From positions 1 to 64,000 of the IMG/VR virus record IMGVR_UViG_638275558_000001: 64,000 nucleotides of DNA; one strand, written 5' to 3'. Made by a program: the position numbers and the translations under genes. This stretch comes from a virus (taxonomy: Duplodnaviria; Caudoviricetes). Shown in pieces: positions 27,253-37,814 of the stretch; position 1 is the first letter of the stretch; each line of letters begins with the position of its first letter. Under the pieces are notes generated by a model that worked only from the letters and a program-made list of their open reading frames with translations, did not search any database and was not told where the DNA came from.

Positions 27253-29481
27253 ATGTATAGGGTAAACGTAAAAGAAGTAGACCTTTCGATTACCCCTGAA
27301 GTCGGGACACCGGTCCAAACGGCGCTTGTAGGTGCGTTCGATCTACCGATTCCCAGCGAACTTCCGGTATCGGTAACCCCCGATGAATTCCGCCGCGTCG
27401 GATCAACCGAACTCAGTCTCATTGCAGATTCGCTGGTGGGTGGTCAGGAGGTTACGGTGATCAGACCGCGAGGAGAAACGCAATCGCTGAATGCGGCATT
27501 TGTTGTGGTGGGTGGTTATAATGTAACCCTTGGTGCCTTCAACGTTTTCTATCTGATGTTTCTGGGGTATGATCCTCAGAAAGGATATACTGATGTGTCT
27601 TATGTAGATGTGCAATTGGCTGGTACCCCAACGGATACCATTCTGTTCAGCTACTCGCTGGACGGTTCTTCGACAACGCATTCACTTACCATAAATCTAA
27701 ACGCCCCCAGTGTTACGCTACCTTCTAATATCGTACCGCTCTTTTTCTACTATGAACCTTATACGGGTTCGATTACGCTCCAGAGTTCCGTTAACTATAG
27801 TGGATTAACACTGAATTATACGGTCAGCAAAGCGACCACTCCTTGGGTGTATTTTGCTGAATATGGCACGCCAACATCTTCTCTTACGCTTTATAAAGGA
27901 TTTTATCTGGAAGGAATTGACCTGAACAGCTTTAACAAACAATTTGTTGTATCTATCGAAAATATTACGGTAAATAGAGAAAAAGGTCAGGTGCTTTATC
28001 CTTCGTTTGATGTGGTGGTACACTTCCGGGATATTAGGGGGGTCAGTGCCAATACCGAATATATTCGCTTCCGTCAGGTCAATCTCAACCCTGAATCTCC
28101 GAATTATATCGAGCGCGTAATTGGCAACATGACCTTTGAGTTTGACGGTGAGCGCATTGTTACAGGCGGTGAATACCCCAATCAGGTACCCTTCCTCCGC
28201 GTGGTGGTCTCTCAGGATATTAAGCAAAACGTCGCCGGGGTTGAAAAGTGGGTTCCGGTTGGATTTGAAGGTATTTATTCTGTAGGCGACTTCACTGTTA
28301 TTGTTAACGAATTGACCAATGTGTCAATCCCGGTTACGGATTCGGCTATTATTCCGCCCATGCGGTTTACCCGCATTGAACAGATTACGCTGTCGGGCGG
28401 TGCTTCGTTCAGCGTGATCAGCAATCAACCGTATGGTTTCAATATTCAGGATTCTCGTCATAGCTACTGGCTCTCACCTTTCAAAGATGATGAACTGATA
28501 ATCGGAACCGAACTGGTACTTCCGGCTCTGGATGTTTCAACGGAATTCGGAGTTTCAAGTTGGGAAGAAGCACTTCCTGAATTCAGCTTCCTGATGCCGT
28601 TCCAGGGCGGTTCAGACGGATACATTCGCGTTGATGAAAATGAGCCGGATACAATCGGGCGCGTGAAGATCACTCCGGCATTGCTTGCCAACTATGAAAG
28701 GTTGCTTCCGCTTCTGACGGAAGATCAATTCGATCTGGTGCTCACGCCCTATCTGACGTTTGCTGATCATGCCGGAACGGTGAATGCTTTCATCAATCGC
28801 GCCGAAAACAGGTTCCTATATCTGTTTGACATTGCCGGAGATGATGATACCGAAAATCTGGCTATTTCGCTTGCTGGATATATCAACTCCAGCTTCGCAA
28901 CTACGTTCTTTCCGTGGGTGCGTCGTCTGACCAATAAGGGAATGCGTACGGTTCCGGCTTCTCTTGCAGCCTACCGGAGCATTCGCACCACCGATCCGGA
29001 GACGGGTCTGGCTCCGGTGGGAGCGCGGCGCGGCGTGGTAACGGGCGAGCCGGTGCGTCAGGTGGATTGGGAAGACCTGTACAACAACCGAATCAACCCG
29101 ATCGTTCGCGTCGGAAACGATGTGCTTCTCTTCGGTCAGAAGACGATGCTCAATGTCAATTCGGCGCTCAATCGAATCAACGTGCGTCGACTCCTGATTG
29201 TTATGCGCAATCGGATTTCTCAGATTCTTTCCAGCTACCTGTTTGAGAACAACACCAGTGAAAACCGGCTTCGTGCCGAAGCGCTGGTGCGCCAGTATTT
29301 GGAATCACTCCGTCTCCGGGGCGCTGTAACCGACTATGAGGTGGCGATCGATTCGGTTACCACACCGACGGATATCGACAACAACACGCTCCGCGCACGG
29401 GTTACGGTGCAGCCCGCCCGCTCGATCGAATACATCGATATTACCTTTGTTATCACGCCGACAGGCGTAGAAATCACCTGA
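27253..29481 (+). CDS. Tail sheath protein, gp18-like
   Basis: N-term VKEVDLS; C-term LYNNRINPI, FGQKT, SALNRINVRRLL, LFENN, VQPARSIEYI. Confidence 0.95.
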   Translation: MYRVNVKEVDLSITPEVGTPVQTALVGAFDLPIPSELPVSVTPDEFRRVGSTELSLIADSLVGGQEVTVIRPRGETQSLNAAFVVVGGYNVTLGAFNVFYLMFLGYDPQKGYTDVSYVDVQLAGTPTDTILFSYSLDGSSTTHSLTINLNAPSVTLPSNIVPLFFYYEPYTGSITLQSSVNYSGLTLNYTVSKATTPWVYFAEYGTPTSSLTLYKGFYLEGIDLNSFNKQFVVSIENITVNREKGQVLYPSFDVVVHFRDIRGVSANTEYIRFRQVNLNPESPNYIERVIGNMTFEFDGERIVTGGEYPNQVPFLRVVVSQDIKQNVAGVEKWVPVGFEGIYSVGDFTVIVNELTNVSIPVTDSAIIPPMRFTRIEQITLSGGASFSVISNQPYGFNIQDSRHSYWLSPFKDDELIIGTELVLPALDVSTEFGVSSWEEALPEFSFLMPFQGGSDGYIRVDENEPDTIGRVKITPALLANYERLLPLLTEDQFDLVLTPYLTFADHAGTVNAFINRAENRFLYLFDIAGDDDTENLAISLAGYINSSFATTFFPWVRRLTNKGMRTVPASLAAYRSIRTTDPETGLAPVGARRGVVTGEPVRQVDWEDLYNNRINPIVRVGNDVLLFGQKTMLNVNSALNRINVRRLLIVMRNRISQILSSYLFENNTSENRLRAEALVRQYLESLRLRGAVTDYEVAIDSVTTPTDIDNNTLRARVTVQPARSIEYIDITFVITPTGVEIT

Positions 29482-29502
29482 GAAATAAACCTTTCAAAAT
29501 AT

Positions 29503-29535
29503 AAACCCGCCTATCAAAAGGGGCGGGTTTTTTTA
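29503..29535 (+). terminator. Intrinsic terminator after the sheath gene
   Basis: AAACCCGCC...GGCGGGTTTTTTT hairpin plus U-tract. Confidence 0.85.
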
Positions 29536-29546
29536 TTTAAAATAAA

Positions 29547-29996
29547 ATGAAGTTTAACAACTGGGTTGAGTATACCGACGACGTACTCCGACTTGAGTAT
29601 TACCTTGAGTACGAAATTCGCCGGTGGAGATATCAGTATTGTGATCCGTTCCCCACTTTTGAAGATTTCAAAGAGGCGGTCAAAAAAGCCCCTCGAATTA
29701 TCGTAACGCCGGAACTTGATAAAATTATAAGAAATCGTTCTCGAACCCGCACGTTTGACGAACTGCTTGCATTGATTAAAACTTACCGGGGATATCCGAA
29801 ATTTCGCAATGAAAAGACGCTTCAGGCTATATATGACGGGTTTAAAAACAATAAACCCATGAAAATGCCGATCGTGTTGGAGCTTCCCGACGGAACATTA
29901 CGGGTTATGTCTGGAAATACCCGTATGGATGTGGCATTCCAGCTCGGGATAAACCCCAAAGTTATTCTGGTGAAGGTTCCTGATAGGTGCCATTAA
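29547..29996 (+). CDS. ParB/Srx-like domain protein
   Basis: MPIVL...VMSGNTRM resembles the ParB GxxR motif. Confidence 0.6.
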   Translation: MKFNNWVEYTDDVLRLEYYLEYEIRRWRYQYCDPFPTFEDFKEAVKKAPRIIVTPELDKIIRNRSRTRTFDELLALIKTYRGYPKFRNEKTLQAIYDGFKNNKPMKMPIVLELPDGTLRVMSGNTRMDVAFQLGINPKVILVKVPDRCH

Positions 29997-30310
29997 TCCA
30001 CACTTTCCATATCACCATACTGATCTACAATGTAAATCTTGTTGCAGAATTCTTTAAATTTATTCAGCGGAACCACTTTGGGGTTGGTGATAGCCCATTC
30101 GTTTACGATAAATGCGTGGAGACGCGATCCCATTTCTTTCAAATCCCTCTGGATTTGTTCAACTTCATCATCCCATTCCCCATCACTTATCTTATGGATT
30201 CCTCCACTTGGTACGGGTTTGCCAAGATAGTGAAAAATGAAAGGGTGGGAGGAGTCGTTTTTAAGCCGCTGCAGGATTTTCTGACCTGCTTTCGAGGAAA
30301 CGCTGAACAT
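29993..30310 (-). CDS. Hypothetical protein
   Basis: ORF with TATTTAAAAGAAAATG context. Confidence 0.65.
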   Translation of the reverse strand: MFSVSSKAGQKILQRLKNDSSHPFIFHYLGKPVPSGGIHKISDGEWDDEVEQIQRDLKEMGSRLHAFIVNEWAITNPKVVPLNKFKEFCNKIYIVDQYGDMESVD

Positions 30311-30953
30311 TTTCTTTTAAATAAGATTCATAATCTTCAATTAGCGGAAAGTGTTCAAGCTGTTTGAGCAGGGTGTTAACTTCATAGGCAAAACGAAAGC
30401 GGGAGTTCTGGTAGAAGTCTCCGATTGTTACCGGAATTCTGAAATCAGGAATGTTTTTGATTTCATTGTCTTCAATATTGAAGACGAAATAGCAGTGAAT
30501 GAGCGGGTTTTGAAGCTCTTGCTTGATAACATAACGATCGAACATTTTGATATATTTCCAGATCACTTCCCGGTTGTTCAAATAGATTTCTTTTGCCCGA
30601 TTCGGGAGAAACTTTGTTATGAAGAAATCGTCAAGCAGCTCTTCGATCTCACTTAGTGCACTGGTCTGCTTGTTAATAAAGCTTTTAATTACTCCGTTGA
30701 AATCCCCAAGCACACATTCGGAGCTATCGTGCATGAGCACACAATAGCCGAAAAGCGCATCGCTACACACTTCGCGAGCCACGTCGTAAACAATCAGACT
30801 ATGTTCGAGCACGGAATAAAAATATTTTCCTCCGTTTCCCTGATAGCGGCAAATGTTGGAGAGCCTTGCAGCAACATCTTCAATGGTAATACGGTGAAGG
30901 CTCGGGTGCAATTCGAGTTTCATGGTGTTATGACTGTTTGGTTCACACGACAC
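30261..30953 (-). CDS. HD-domain phosphohydrolase (YfbR/YfdR-like 5'-deoxynucleotidase)
   Basis: LSNICRYQG, YSVLEHS and LMHDSSECVLGD motifs. Confidence 0.85.
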   Translation of the reverse strand: MSCEPNSHNTMKLELHPSLHRITIEDVAARLSNICRYQGNGGKYFYSVLEHSLIVYDVAREVCSDALFGYCVLMHDSSECVLGDFNGVIKSFINKQTSALSEIEELLDDFFITKFLPNRAKEIYLNNREVIWKYIKMFDRYVIKQELQNPLIHCYFVFNIEDNEIKNIPDFRIPVTIGDFYQNSRFRFAYEVNTLLKQLEHFPLIEDYESYLKENVQRFLESRSENPAAA

Positions 30954-30997
30954 AATCCTTAAAGAGGATAAGGTTAAAAGAGGTTCCCTTCCTTCAA

Positions 30998-33343
30998 TTA
31001 AAATTCAAAAATGTCAATATCAATGTCAAGATCAGTGTCGTCTTCGGTTTTACGTTTTCGAAGAACATAATCGACGTAATCTATATGGACCACAAAGTAG
31101 GAGGTATCGTAAATCTGAACCAAAATCGCATTGACAAACCGTTCAACATACTTTTTGGAGGAAAAGAAAGCATTTATCAAAATATCTAACATCATCTTAT
31201 AATACCTATCGTCTGTGTTCATTACATTTTTAACAAGTACATCTTTAATTTCATCTAATATAGATTTGTTTTGAGGTATAGTTTTTATTGCTTGATCTGT
31301 GATAGCTTTCAATAATTCATCGTCATTAAGTATTGTTATTACAGTTTTCCATAAATTTGTAATCATATTGCTGTTATTTGAAGAGAAAAAGTTGCGTGGG
31401 TCACTTAAATGCAAAACTACACTTGGTATAAATAAACGGTAAGTATTACTTACATTATCTTTTAATCCATTATCTTTTAATCCCAGAAGAGATTTATAGG
31501 TATCGATAATTATAGAAATTTTGTCAACATCCATTATAATATCTTTGTATTTAAGTATATTTTCTCTGGTGGCGTCATTAAAATCTCTTGTCGGGGTACC
31601 AAACAGCGTTTTAATAATCTCATCTTTCAGTTTAGGTATAATCTCATTTAAAATTTCCTCTCTTTTTGATTCGTATTGTTTTACTTTGTTTTCTATAACT
31701 AAAGACGCGAGAAATGTAGAAAAAAGGTCAAATACTGTTTTTTTGGTCTTTTCATTATTAGGTCTCACCAGATCTTGATATTTATAATCTATAAAAAATT
31801 TCAAATTGTTTTCTATTTTTTTTCTGTTTATGTTAATAAATTTATCTCTGAGCGTTTTATATACGACTTCGTTTTGAAGATGGAAATCTCCCACAAGATC
31901 TATGGCTGACGAACTTTCTGGTGGTATGAATTGAAGTTTGACGTTCTTCACAAGGGGAGAATCCTCTTCATAGTTGGCTTCTGCAATTCTAAACGTTTCG
32001 GAGCTAATTATATCTGAAATAACTTCCAGTTGGGACTCTCTGATAAAGAAGGAAATAAAATCTTTTATTTTATCTTTCAATTGATTCCAGAGATCGTAAC
32101 CGGGTACGTATTCCTGAAAATCTGTATTCAACCATATATTAAGTACTTTTCCCACACTTTCTATTCCCTCCTTTATTTCCTTACTATTAACAGATAAACC
32201 AATGACTTTGTTAATAACATTTTGTGCAATAGTTTTAACTATACCCTCAATGACTTTTTCATCCAAACTCTGAGAGGGTTGAAGAATATAGATGTTAGAT
32301 ACAAGGTTCTGGAGTAATAGTAGGGCTTCGGGGGAAACATTTTTCATGAATTTATCTAAAGTGGAGTAAAGCTCTTCGAGTTCTTTCTTTGCTTTATCAC
32401 TGAGACCGATTATTTCCGCTATTTTAAAGTTAATCTCTTTAATAATGGGCAAAGGTAGCGAAAGTGTTTCGAGATTTTGATTGAACTGGTTTTTATACTC
32501 TCTGATATCGGTTGATTTGTAAGTAATGACATGGGCAATGACGCCGCTGGTTTCAATTGTTCCGGTAAATGTGGATACTTTTATTTTATGGTAAAAGTCA
32601 TTTCTCGGGTGTATAAAGAGAATAAAAACATAATCATGTTTATAATTATCCCAATAGCTATCGTTTTGAGCAATACAGACGGTGGTACTTTTGTTGGTGT
32701 TGGTTTCGGTTAACATTTCTTTGATTCCTTGATAGGATATTTCAGGTAAAAGTCGAACAAGTACGGCATCGCTATCTTCCATTTCCGGTTTATTATGATA
32801 GACAAGTTCTATGTCCCCGTTCTTGATATATTTTCTGACGGCTTCCATGGTGTTGTTCCAGCGATCCAGGTAGCGAACCGTATAAGAGGGGAGGTATGTA
32901 TCGATGATCTGCTCGAGATCGATAAAGCTTTTAATAAACTTGAACTTCATAGAATGAAGTTCGTCTTTTCTTCCCTCCTGACTCAATTTTTTATTGATAA
33001 CAAAAAGAGCCGCCAGTTTATCTACATTGCTGAGCATGTTATGATAATAAAAACGATTCTCCACCGGAATATGACTTTCATCCGATCGATTTGTATACAT
33101 TGCTACAATACCCTGTAGAATAAAAACCTGAGCCTGCTCCGGAAGAGGTGTGTTGTAGGTGGTTTTTGCCGATTGCATAATTCGATCGACAAGTTCTTTT
33201 TTGACCTTATCTTTTACAAAACTGAAAAACATACTTTTAAGCTCTTGCTCTGTAGCCGTTTCCGGATCAATTTCTATATTGAGTGTGGGGTCTTCGTTTA
33301 TTTTTTGTGCCAGCTTACGTGCAAAATTAATATCGAATTGCAT
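30998..33343 (-). CDS. Large hypothetical protein (late promoter)
   Basis: 781-aa ORF, very AT-rich; TATTTAA at 33361-33367. Confidence 0.8.
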   Translation of the reverse strand: MQFDINFARKLAQKINEDPTLNIEIDPETATEQELKSMFFSFVKDKVKKELVDRIMQSAKTTYNTPLPEQAQVFILQGIVAMYTNRSDESHIPVENRFYYHNMLSNVDKLAALFVINKKLSQEGRKDELHSMKFKFIKSFIDLEQIIDTYLPSYTVRYLDRWNNTMEAVRKYIKNGDIELVYHNKPEMEDSDAVLVRLLPEISYQGIKEMLTETNTNKSTTVCIAQNDSYWDNYKHDYVFILFIHPRNDFYHKIKVSTFTGTIETSGVIAHVITYKSTDIREYKNQFNQNLETLSLPLPIIKEINFKIAEIIGLSDKAKKELEELYSTLDKFMKNVSPEALLLLQNLVSNIYILQPSQSLDEKVIEGIVKTIAQNVINKVIGLSVNSKEIKEGIESVGKVLNIWLNTDFQEYVPGYDLWNQLKDKIKDFISFFIRESQLEVISDIISSETFRIAEANYEEDSPLVKNVKLQFIPPESSSAIDLVGDFHLQNEVVYKTLRDKFININRKKIENNLKFFIDYKYQDLVRPNNEKTKKTVFDLFSTFLASLVIENKVKQYESKREEILNEIIPKLKDEIIKTLFGTPTRDFNDATRENILKYKDIIMDVDKISIIIDTYKSLLGLKDNGLKDNVSNTYRLFIPSVVLHLSDPRNFFSSNNSNMITNLWKTVITILNDDELLKAITDQAIKTIPQNKSILDEIKDVLVKNVMNTDDRYYKMMLDILINAFFSSKKYVERFVNAILVQIYDTSYFVVHIDYVDYVLRKRKTEDDTDLDIDIDIFEF

Positions 33344-33360
33344 ATTTGTAGACTTTTATT

Positions 33361-33954
33361 TTAAATAACTTTTCGTTTTCGGGTATAAAAAGGTCTGGTT
33401 TTGCTGGTGGATTCCTCCACCTGAATGTTCAGCGAGAAGTTCGGATCACGCGGAAATTCCTGATAGTTTTCCATATGCATTAAAATTTTCAGGTGATAGT
33501 TTATTTCCGCCACAAATACCAGTTCATCAGACGACGGGTTGATCATACGATCGGAAATTCCTTCTACGACAATATCCCATACCGCCGCATTGTCTTTGGT
33601 AAGGATAAGATCGGGTCTTACGTTTGAGAGAATCTGAGTGATCTCGCTTTCTTTTGTAAGATAATAAAAAGCACGATAGTTGACTTTATAGGGAACCGGC
33701 ACCCTGTACTGAATGGTGGATTGGTGTTGATTTTCCGTAAAGGTAAGAAAAGCAGGAAAATTCTGTATAACTTCGATTCCTTCTCGCATGACAACAACGA
33801 AGGGATACTCCACTTTGAACATATCCGTTACCATCGATTTCCTTTGCGCCTGAGATTTGTCGAAAATAATGCGCGGTTTGGTGCCAAGAGCCTTTTGATA
33901 GATTTCTTTTGCAAAAACTACGGCAAAGTAATCGGCTGTAATAATTTCGTTCAT
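33361..33954 (-). CDS. Tail terminator / sheath stabiliser, gp15-like
   Basis: YPFVVVMR...VPVPYKVNY...EITQIL pattern; directly downstream of portal. Confidence 0.5.
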   Translation of the reverse strand: MNEIITADYFAVVFAKEIYQKALGTKPRIIFDKSQAQRKSMVTDMFKVEYPFVVVMREGIEVIQNFPAFLTFTENQHQSTIQYRVPVPYKVNYRAFYYLTKESEITQILSNVRPDLILTKDNAAVWDIVVEGISDRMINPSSDELVFVAEINYHLKILMHMENYQEFPRDPNFSLNIQVEESTSKTRPFYTRKRKVI

Positions 33955-35552
33955 TCTTCTTCAGGGAATGGAAGTTCTTCTTCACCACCACCCGTTTCTT
34001 CTTCGAATTCTTCGAAGGCTCCGCCAAGATTAAGTTCGCCGCCCAGTTCTTCTCCGCCTTCCGTTCCGAAATCGAATTCCGTTCTTCCTCTTGGCGATTC
34101 GATCGGGGAGCCGCGCTCGCCAAGGAAGTCGGCGGGGGTTGTTTCCTCACCGAATCCGCCCGTGTCGAAAAGACCGCCGCCACCGGCTGCTTCCGCCACT
34201 TCCTCCTGGGGCTTGAGATCGTAGGGAATCTGAAGAATGTTACTATAAATCCAGTCTTCACGAACCCAGCCTTTGAGGCGTTCGGCAATACCGATTCGCT
34301 GCTCAATCACGGCAAAGCGCTCACCTTCCACAATCGAATTCGAGCGGTTCATTACCAGGCGGAAATCCTGATCGGCAAACTCTTTGTTCATGCGCACCAT
34401 GCGTTCGAGTTCTTCCACAAAGAACCCCTGAATGCGTTTGATCGTGTTGTTGAATTTGATATCCTGAGTAGCCAGTGTGTTTTTAGCATTCACGTCTCCT
34501 TCATAACCAATGAACGCCTTTGGTACCTTGAGTGCGGAGATGAGTCGGTTGAGCATGTATTCCACATCTTCAGCAAGATCTACTTTGGAACCCTGAAGAA
34601 TATCGATTTCCACCGCACGACGATCTCCGCGCCGGGGAATGAAGTAATCTTTGAGAATGCTTTCGATAGAAAAGTAGTTATCGATTCCGAGAAATTGATT
34701 CTGATTATTTCTTACCCAATAGTCTCGCTTATACTGCATGGCAATATTGGTCAGATATTCGTTGATCTTGTCGGGCGGCACGTTTCCGACATCTACGTAA
34801 AACACCCGTCTATCGACACTACGAACCACACGGTAAAGCATGAGCGCATCTTCCATGAGTCGAAGCTGGTTCCATATCGCTCGAGCACTTTCAAGGTAGC
34901 TTCTACCATAGGGGAAGAAGTTGGTGTCGATTTTGTGAGAAAAGTGAATGACATCTTCCTCAGGAATATCTTCGTTAAAGTATCCGCTTACAACGTTACG
35001 GTAAACGTCGGTAATAACATAATACCAGGTATCCGTTTCGGGGTTATATCGCTTTGAGAAAATGTAAGGAGAGACCACCTGAAATTTTTCGATCGTGCCA
35101 TCCGAACCTTTTTCAAGAATATGAAGAAACATATCTCCGTATTTGATCATGTTGCGAATGATAGGATAGGCGTTCTTTTCAATATTTATAACATAATCCA
35201 GATAGGAGAGTATTGCTTTTGCAAGCTCAATGTCTTTTGTTACCACATCCACAATATTACCGTTTTCGTTGGGAATCGTGCATTCATCTGCAATGATATC
35301 CAGCACCGTGGAAATAAGCGGATCGGTATAATCCATGCGATCGTACATATCGTAGAGGAAAAACCGGTTGAATTCTATTCCTCCGTAGAACCTGCTCGCA
35401 TACCCCGCTGTCGCAAACGGGTGGTACATGTTAATCGGAATCATGGAAGAGCCACCCGCACCGTGCGGCGCTCCCATACCATACATCGGAGAAAGGAAAT
35501 TGGTGAAGTTGACAGCTTCGTTCAGTTTTTTATATTTTTCCAGAGACGGCAT
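33951..35552 (-). CDS. Portal protein, gp20-like (start reassigned to MPSLEK)
   Basis: YGRSYLE, NQLRLMEDALMLYRVVR, RRVFYVDVGNVPPDK, DYFIPRRG, ALKVPKAF. Confidence 0.95.
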   Translation of the reverse strand: MPSLEKYKKLNEAVNFTNFLSPMYGMGAPHGAGGSSMIPINMYHPFATAGYASRFYGGIEFNRFFLYDMYDRMDYTDPLISTVLDIIADECTIPNENGNIVDVVTKDIELAKAILSYLDYVINIEKNAYPIIRNMIKYGDMFLHILEKGSDGTIEKFQVVSPYIFSKRYNPETDTWYYVITDVYRNVVSGYFNEDIPEEDVIHFSHKIDTNFFPYGRSYLESARAIWNQLRLMEDALMLYRVVRSVDRRVFYVDVGNVPPDKINEYLTNIAMQYKRDYWVRNNQNQFLGIDNYFSIESILKDYFIPRRGDRRAVEIDILQGSKVDLAEDVEYMLNRLISALKVPKAFIGYEGDVNAKNTLATQDIKFNNTIKRIQGFFVEELERMVRMNKEFADQDFRLVMNRSNSIVEGERFAVIEQRIGIAERLKGWVREDWIYSNILQIPYDLKPQEEVAEAAGGGGLFDTGGFGEETTPADFLGERGSPIESPRGRTEFDFGTEGGEELGGELNLGGAFEEFEEETGGGEEELPFPEEE

Positions 35553-35630
35553 ATTCTCCACTTTTTTGTTAAATAACATTAACCTAATAATGTACCAAAT
35601 AACGAAATGGTTTCGTTTATTTAAAAGAAA

Positions 35631-37496
35631 ATGACCTATCGGGAAGCCAGAGCACTTTTCAACAAGATCAAAACACTCCCTGATTATAGAAACCGCGTTG
35701 TCATTCGGATGTCTGAAATCAGAGAAAGACCCACCTTCAACCCTCGAGGACAATATAATACCACACCCCCCGGCACTTATGCCTATCCACTTGGCTTCGT
35801 ACTGGACATCGGGGGTGGGGGCGAGGATTTTGTCGATTTTATTGCGGGTATTATGCTTTTGCCCTACGCTTCACATGCCGAATGGGTACATATCTTTTAC
35901 ATAAAAGACATGGGTTGTTTTCTGAATCTTGGGGATAAAGAGGATACAGAGGAATTCCTGAGAAAGTATGCAGAGAAAAATCCTTTTATAAATACTTTAA
36001 TAGAGCACATTCGCATTTATCAGCCGATAAATGATAATACGCTCTTTCCCATTCTAAACCGCTATCTTGTCGGAATGCCTTATGAAAACATATCAAGCGA
36101 AGAGTTTCACCAGAGTTTCAACAGGGTTCTGGAAAAGCTGAAAGAAGGATACATAGACATTTTCAAAGGTGTTTACCAGCATATCACCCCAGATGACGCA
36201 CCTGCTGTTGCTTTCGTGAACGAATTCAGAGATTTTATTTCCAATCTGGGGGATTATCACACTGGAAAAAATATACTGGAAGTGGCAATAGCCCGAATTG
36301 TGTTCGCCGTTTTCAGACGTCATGAACTTATAGAAATGATCGAAGCAATGATCGGTAATGCACCGGGAGAAATTACCTCCTCACGCTTTATCAACTATCT
36401 TCCGGTTTCTGATTCCAGAAGTCTGAGTGCATTTACCCGATGGTTTGCCATTACACATCGCCTGTTTTACTATGCTTTCAATAAAGGGGTAATCAGAGAG
36501 CAATATCTTGAAGAATCGGCTACGCTGTTTGTGGATATGATTTTCACCATTGCCTTTTCAAAGGAAAAAATAAGAGCTGCTATGGATACAATGTTCAGAA
36601 TGTTAATAGATCAAATCAAAGATAAAGGTATACCCAAATCCTATCGGGTTTACAGCGAACTTGGTTATTGCGGAATATACGATCCGGGAACCGGCGGTGT
36701 GCATGAAGCCGAACCTGCTCAGGTGGTCTGGTGGGATCCCTCCGTGGTGGAATACTACGGGGCGATTCCCAACATAGGGATGCGAGAACGTAAAATTCAG
36801 AACCTGAAGGATTATATAACCGCCCTTGACGTGGTCAGATTTTTTGTCAAGGTGTTTATATACAATAAACATTTACTTACACAAGAACCCCGTTTGTTTA
36901 ATCAATCGGCTGAGGATATTGCTTGGCATTTTAAAAGAATATTTTATAAGAAAGAATTCATTTACCTTTTTGAAAAAGGTTTGCGGATGATTAGTAGATT
37001 TATCAAAACAGGAAATGTAAATCAGTTGATGTCTCTTATTCATGATGTACTCATGTTGCACCTTAGAACAGATCTCCTCGCGAGGGTATCTGCAGTTTAT
37101 AGATCATACTCTCTTGAAGATTATTATAACGAAGAACTCAAACATATGAAGAGGGTGGTAGGTGATATTGCCGATAACATGGTTGCACTTCTTACAAATT
37201 ACGCCGTGGATATTCTGACCGGTAAAGAGCAGGTTAAGGATATAGACAGCGCATTTTCCCATTATCTCGATCATCTCAGAGAAAAACTTCAAGAATTGTT
37301 AGATAAGTCTGCTTTAGAGTTGCGCGGAAAAGCAGGTACAAAAACACTATTGCAAAGATCTTTAGCAGTAGAGTCGGGGATAGAGTCTATTCTTTCAGGA
37401 ATTATCTTCATGAGAAAGTTTCTGGAAGCTTATGATTCGGATAGAGAGAAGATTGAGGAAGCGTTCAGGGTGGTAAAAGAAAGACTAAGGGATTAA
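35631..37496 (+). CDS. Hypothetical protein, paralog family B (possible ADP-ribosyltransferase-like domain)
   Basis: FNP..YNTTPPGTYAYP and LGYCGIYDPGTGGVHEAEPAQVVWW, shared with 45740..47158. Confidence 0.75.
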   Translation: MTYREARALFNKIKTLPDYRNRVVIRMSEIRERPTFNPRGQYNTTPPGTYAYPLGFVLDIGGGGEDFVDFIAGIMLLPYASHAEWVHIFYIKDMGCFLNLGDKEDTEEFLRKYAEKNPFINTLIEHIRIYQPINDNTLFPILNRYLVGMPYENISSEEFHQSFNRVLEKLKEGYIDIFKGVYQHITPDDAPAVAFVNEFRDFISNLGDYHTGKNILEVAIARIVFAVFRRHELIEMIEAMIGNAPGEITSSRFINYLPVSDSRSLSAFTRWFAITHRLFYYAFNKGVIREQYLEESATLFVDMIFTIAFSKEKIRAAMDTMFRMLIDQIKDKGIPKSYRVYSELGYCGIYDPGTGGVHEAEPAQVVWWDPSVVEYYGAIPNIGMRERKIQNLKDYITALDVVRFFVKVFIYNKHLLTQEPRLFNQSAEDIAWHFKRIFYKKEFIYLFEKGLRMISRFIKTGNVNQLMSLIHDVLMLHLRTDLLARVSAVYRSYSLEDYYNEELKHMKRVVGDIADNMVALLTNYAVDILTGKEQVKDIDSAFSHYLDHLREKLQELLDKSALELRGKAGTKTLLQRSLAVESGIESILSGIIFMRKFLEAYDSDREKIEEAFRVVKERLRD

Positions 37497-37522
37497 ATAC
37501 TGGTAATTGGGATTGTGTGGAA
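37493..37522 (-). repeat. Dispersed 30-bp motif, copy C
   Basis: Reverse complement is identical to 54896-54925. Confidence 0.9.
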
Positions 37523-37612
37523 TGGGTATTTTTGAAAAGAAGGTGAATCTGAAAGAGGGGTGGATCCACCTTACAACATTTCCGTAGAAAGAGGCAAAAA
37601 GGGGAGAATGCT

Positions 37613-37705
37613 ATGAAGATCAAAAAGGTAATTATAGCGCTGCTGTTTCTACTCACAGCCTTCCAGCTTGGGGGGATTATGGCATTGTATCTTTTTCCGC
37701 GATAA
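37613..37705 (+). CDS. 30-aa membrane peptide
   Basis: GGGGAG RBS; MKIKKVIIALLFLLTAFQLGGIMALYLFPR. Confidence 0.5.
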   Translation: MKIKKVIIALLFLLTAFQLGGIMALYLFPR

Positions 37706-37779
37706 GCGCCTGTAGCTCAACCGGAAAGAGCACCAGCCTTCTAAGCTGGTGGTTGTGGGTTCGAGTCCCACCGGGCGCT
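37706..37779 (+). tRNA. tRNA-Arg(UCU)
   Basis: Acceptor GCGCCTG/CGGGCGC, anticodon arm CCAGC-CTTCTAA-GCTGG, T-loop GTTCGAG; CCA not encoded. Confidence 0.95.
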
Positions 37780-37814
37780 CAGGTGTAATCAGAAACAAAA
37801 AAAGGGAGGGAGTC

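Noticed and set aside
35553-35753. N-terminal extension of portal in the ORF track
   Set aside because: Overlaps the divergent gene 35631; the late box and GGAG point to the ATG at 35552
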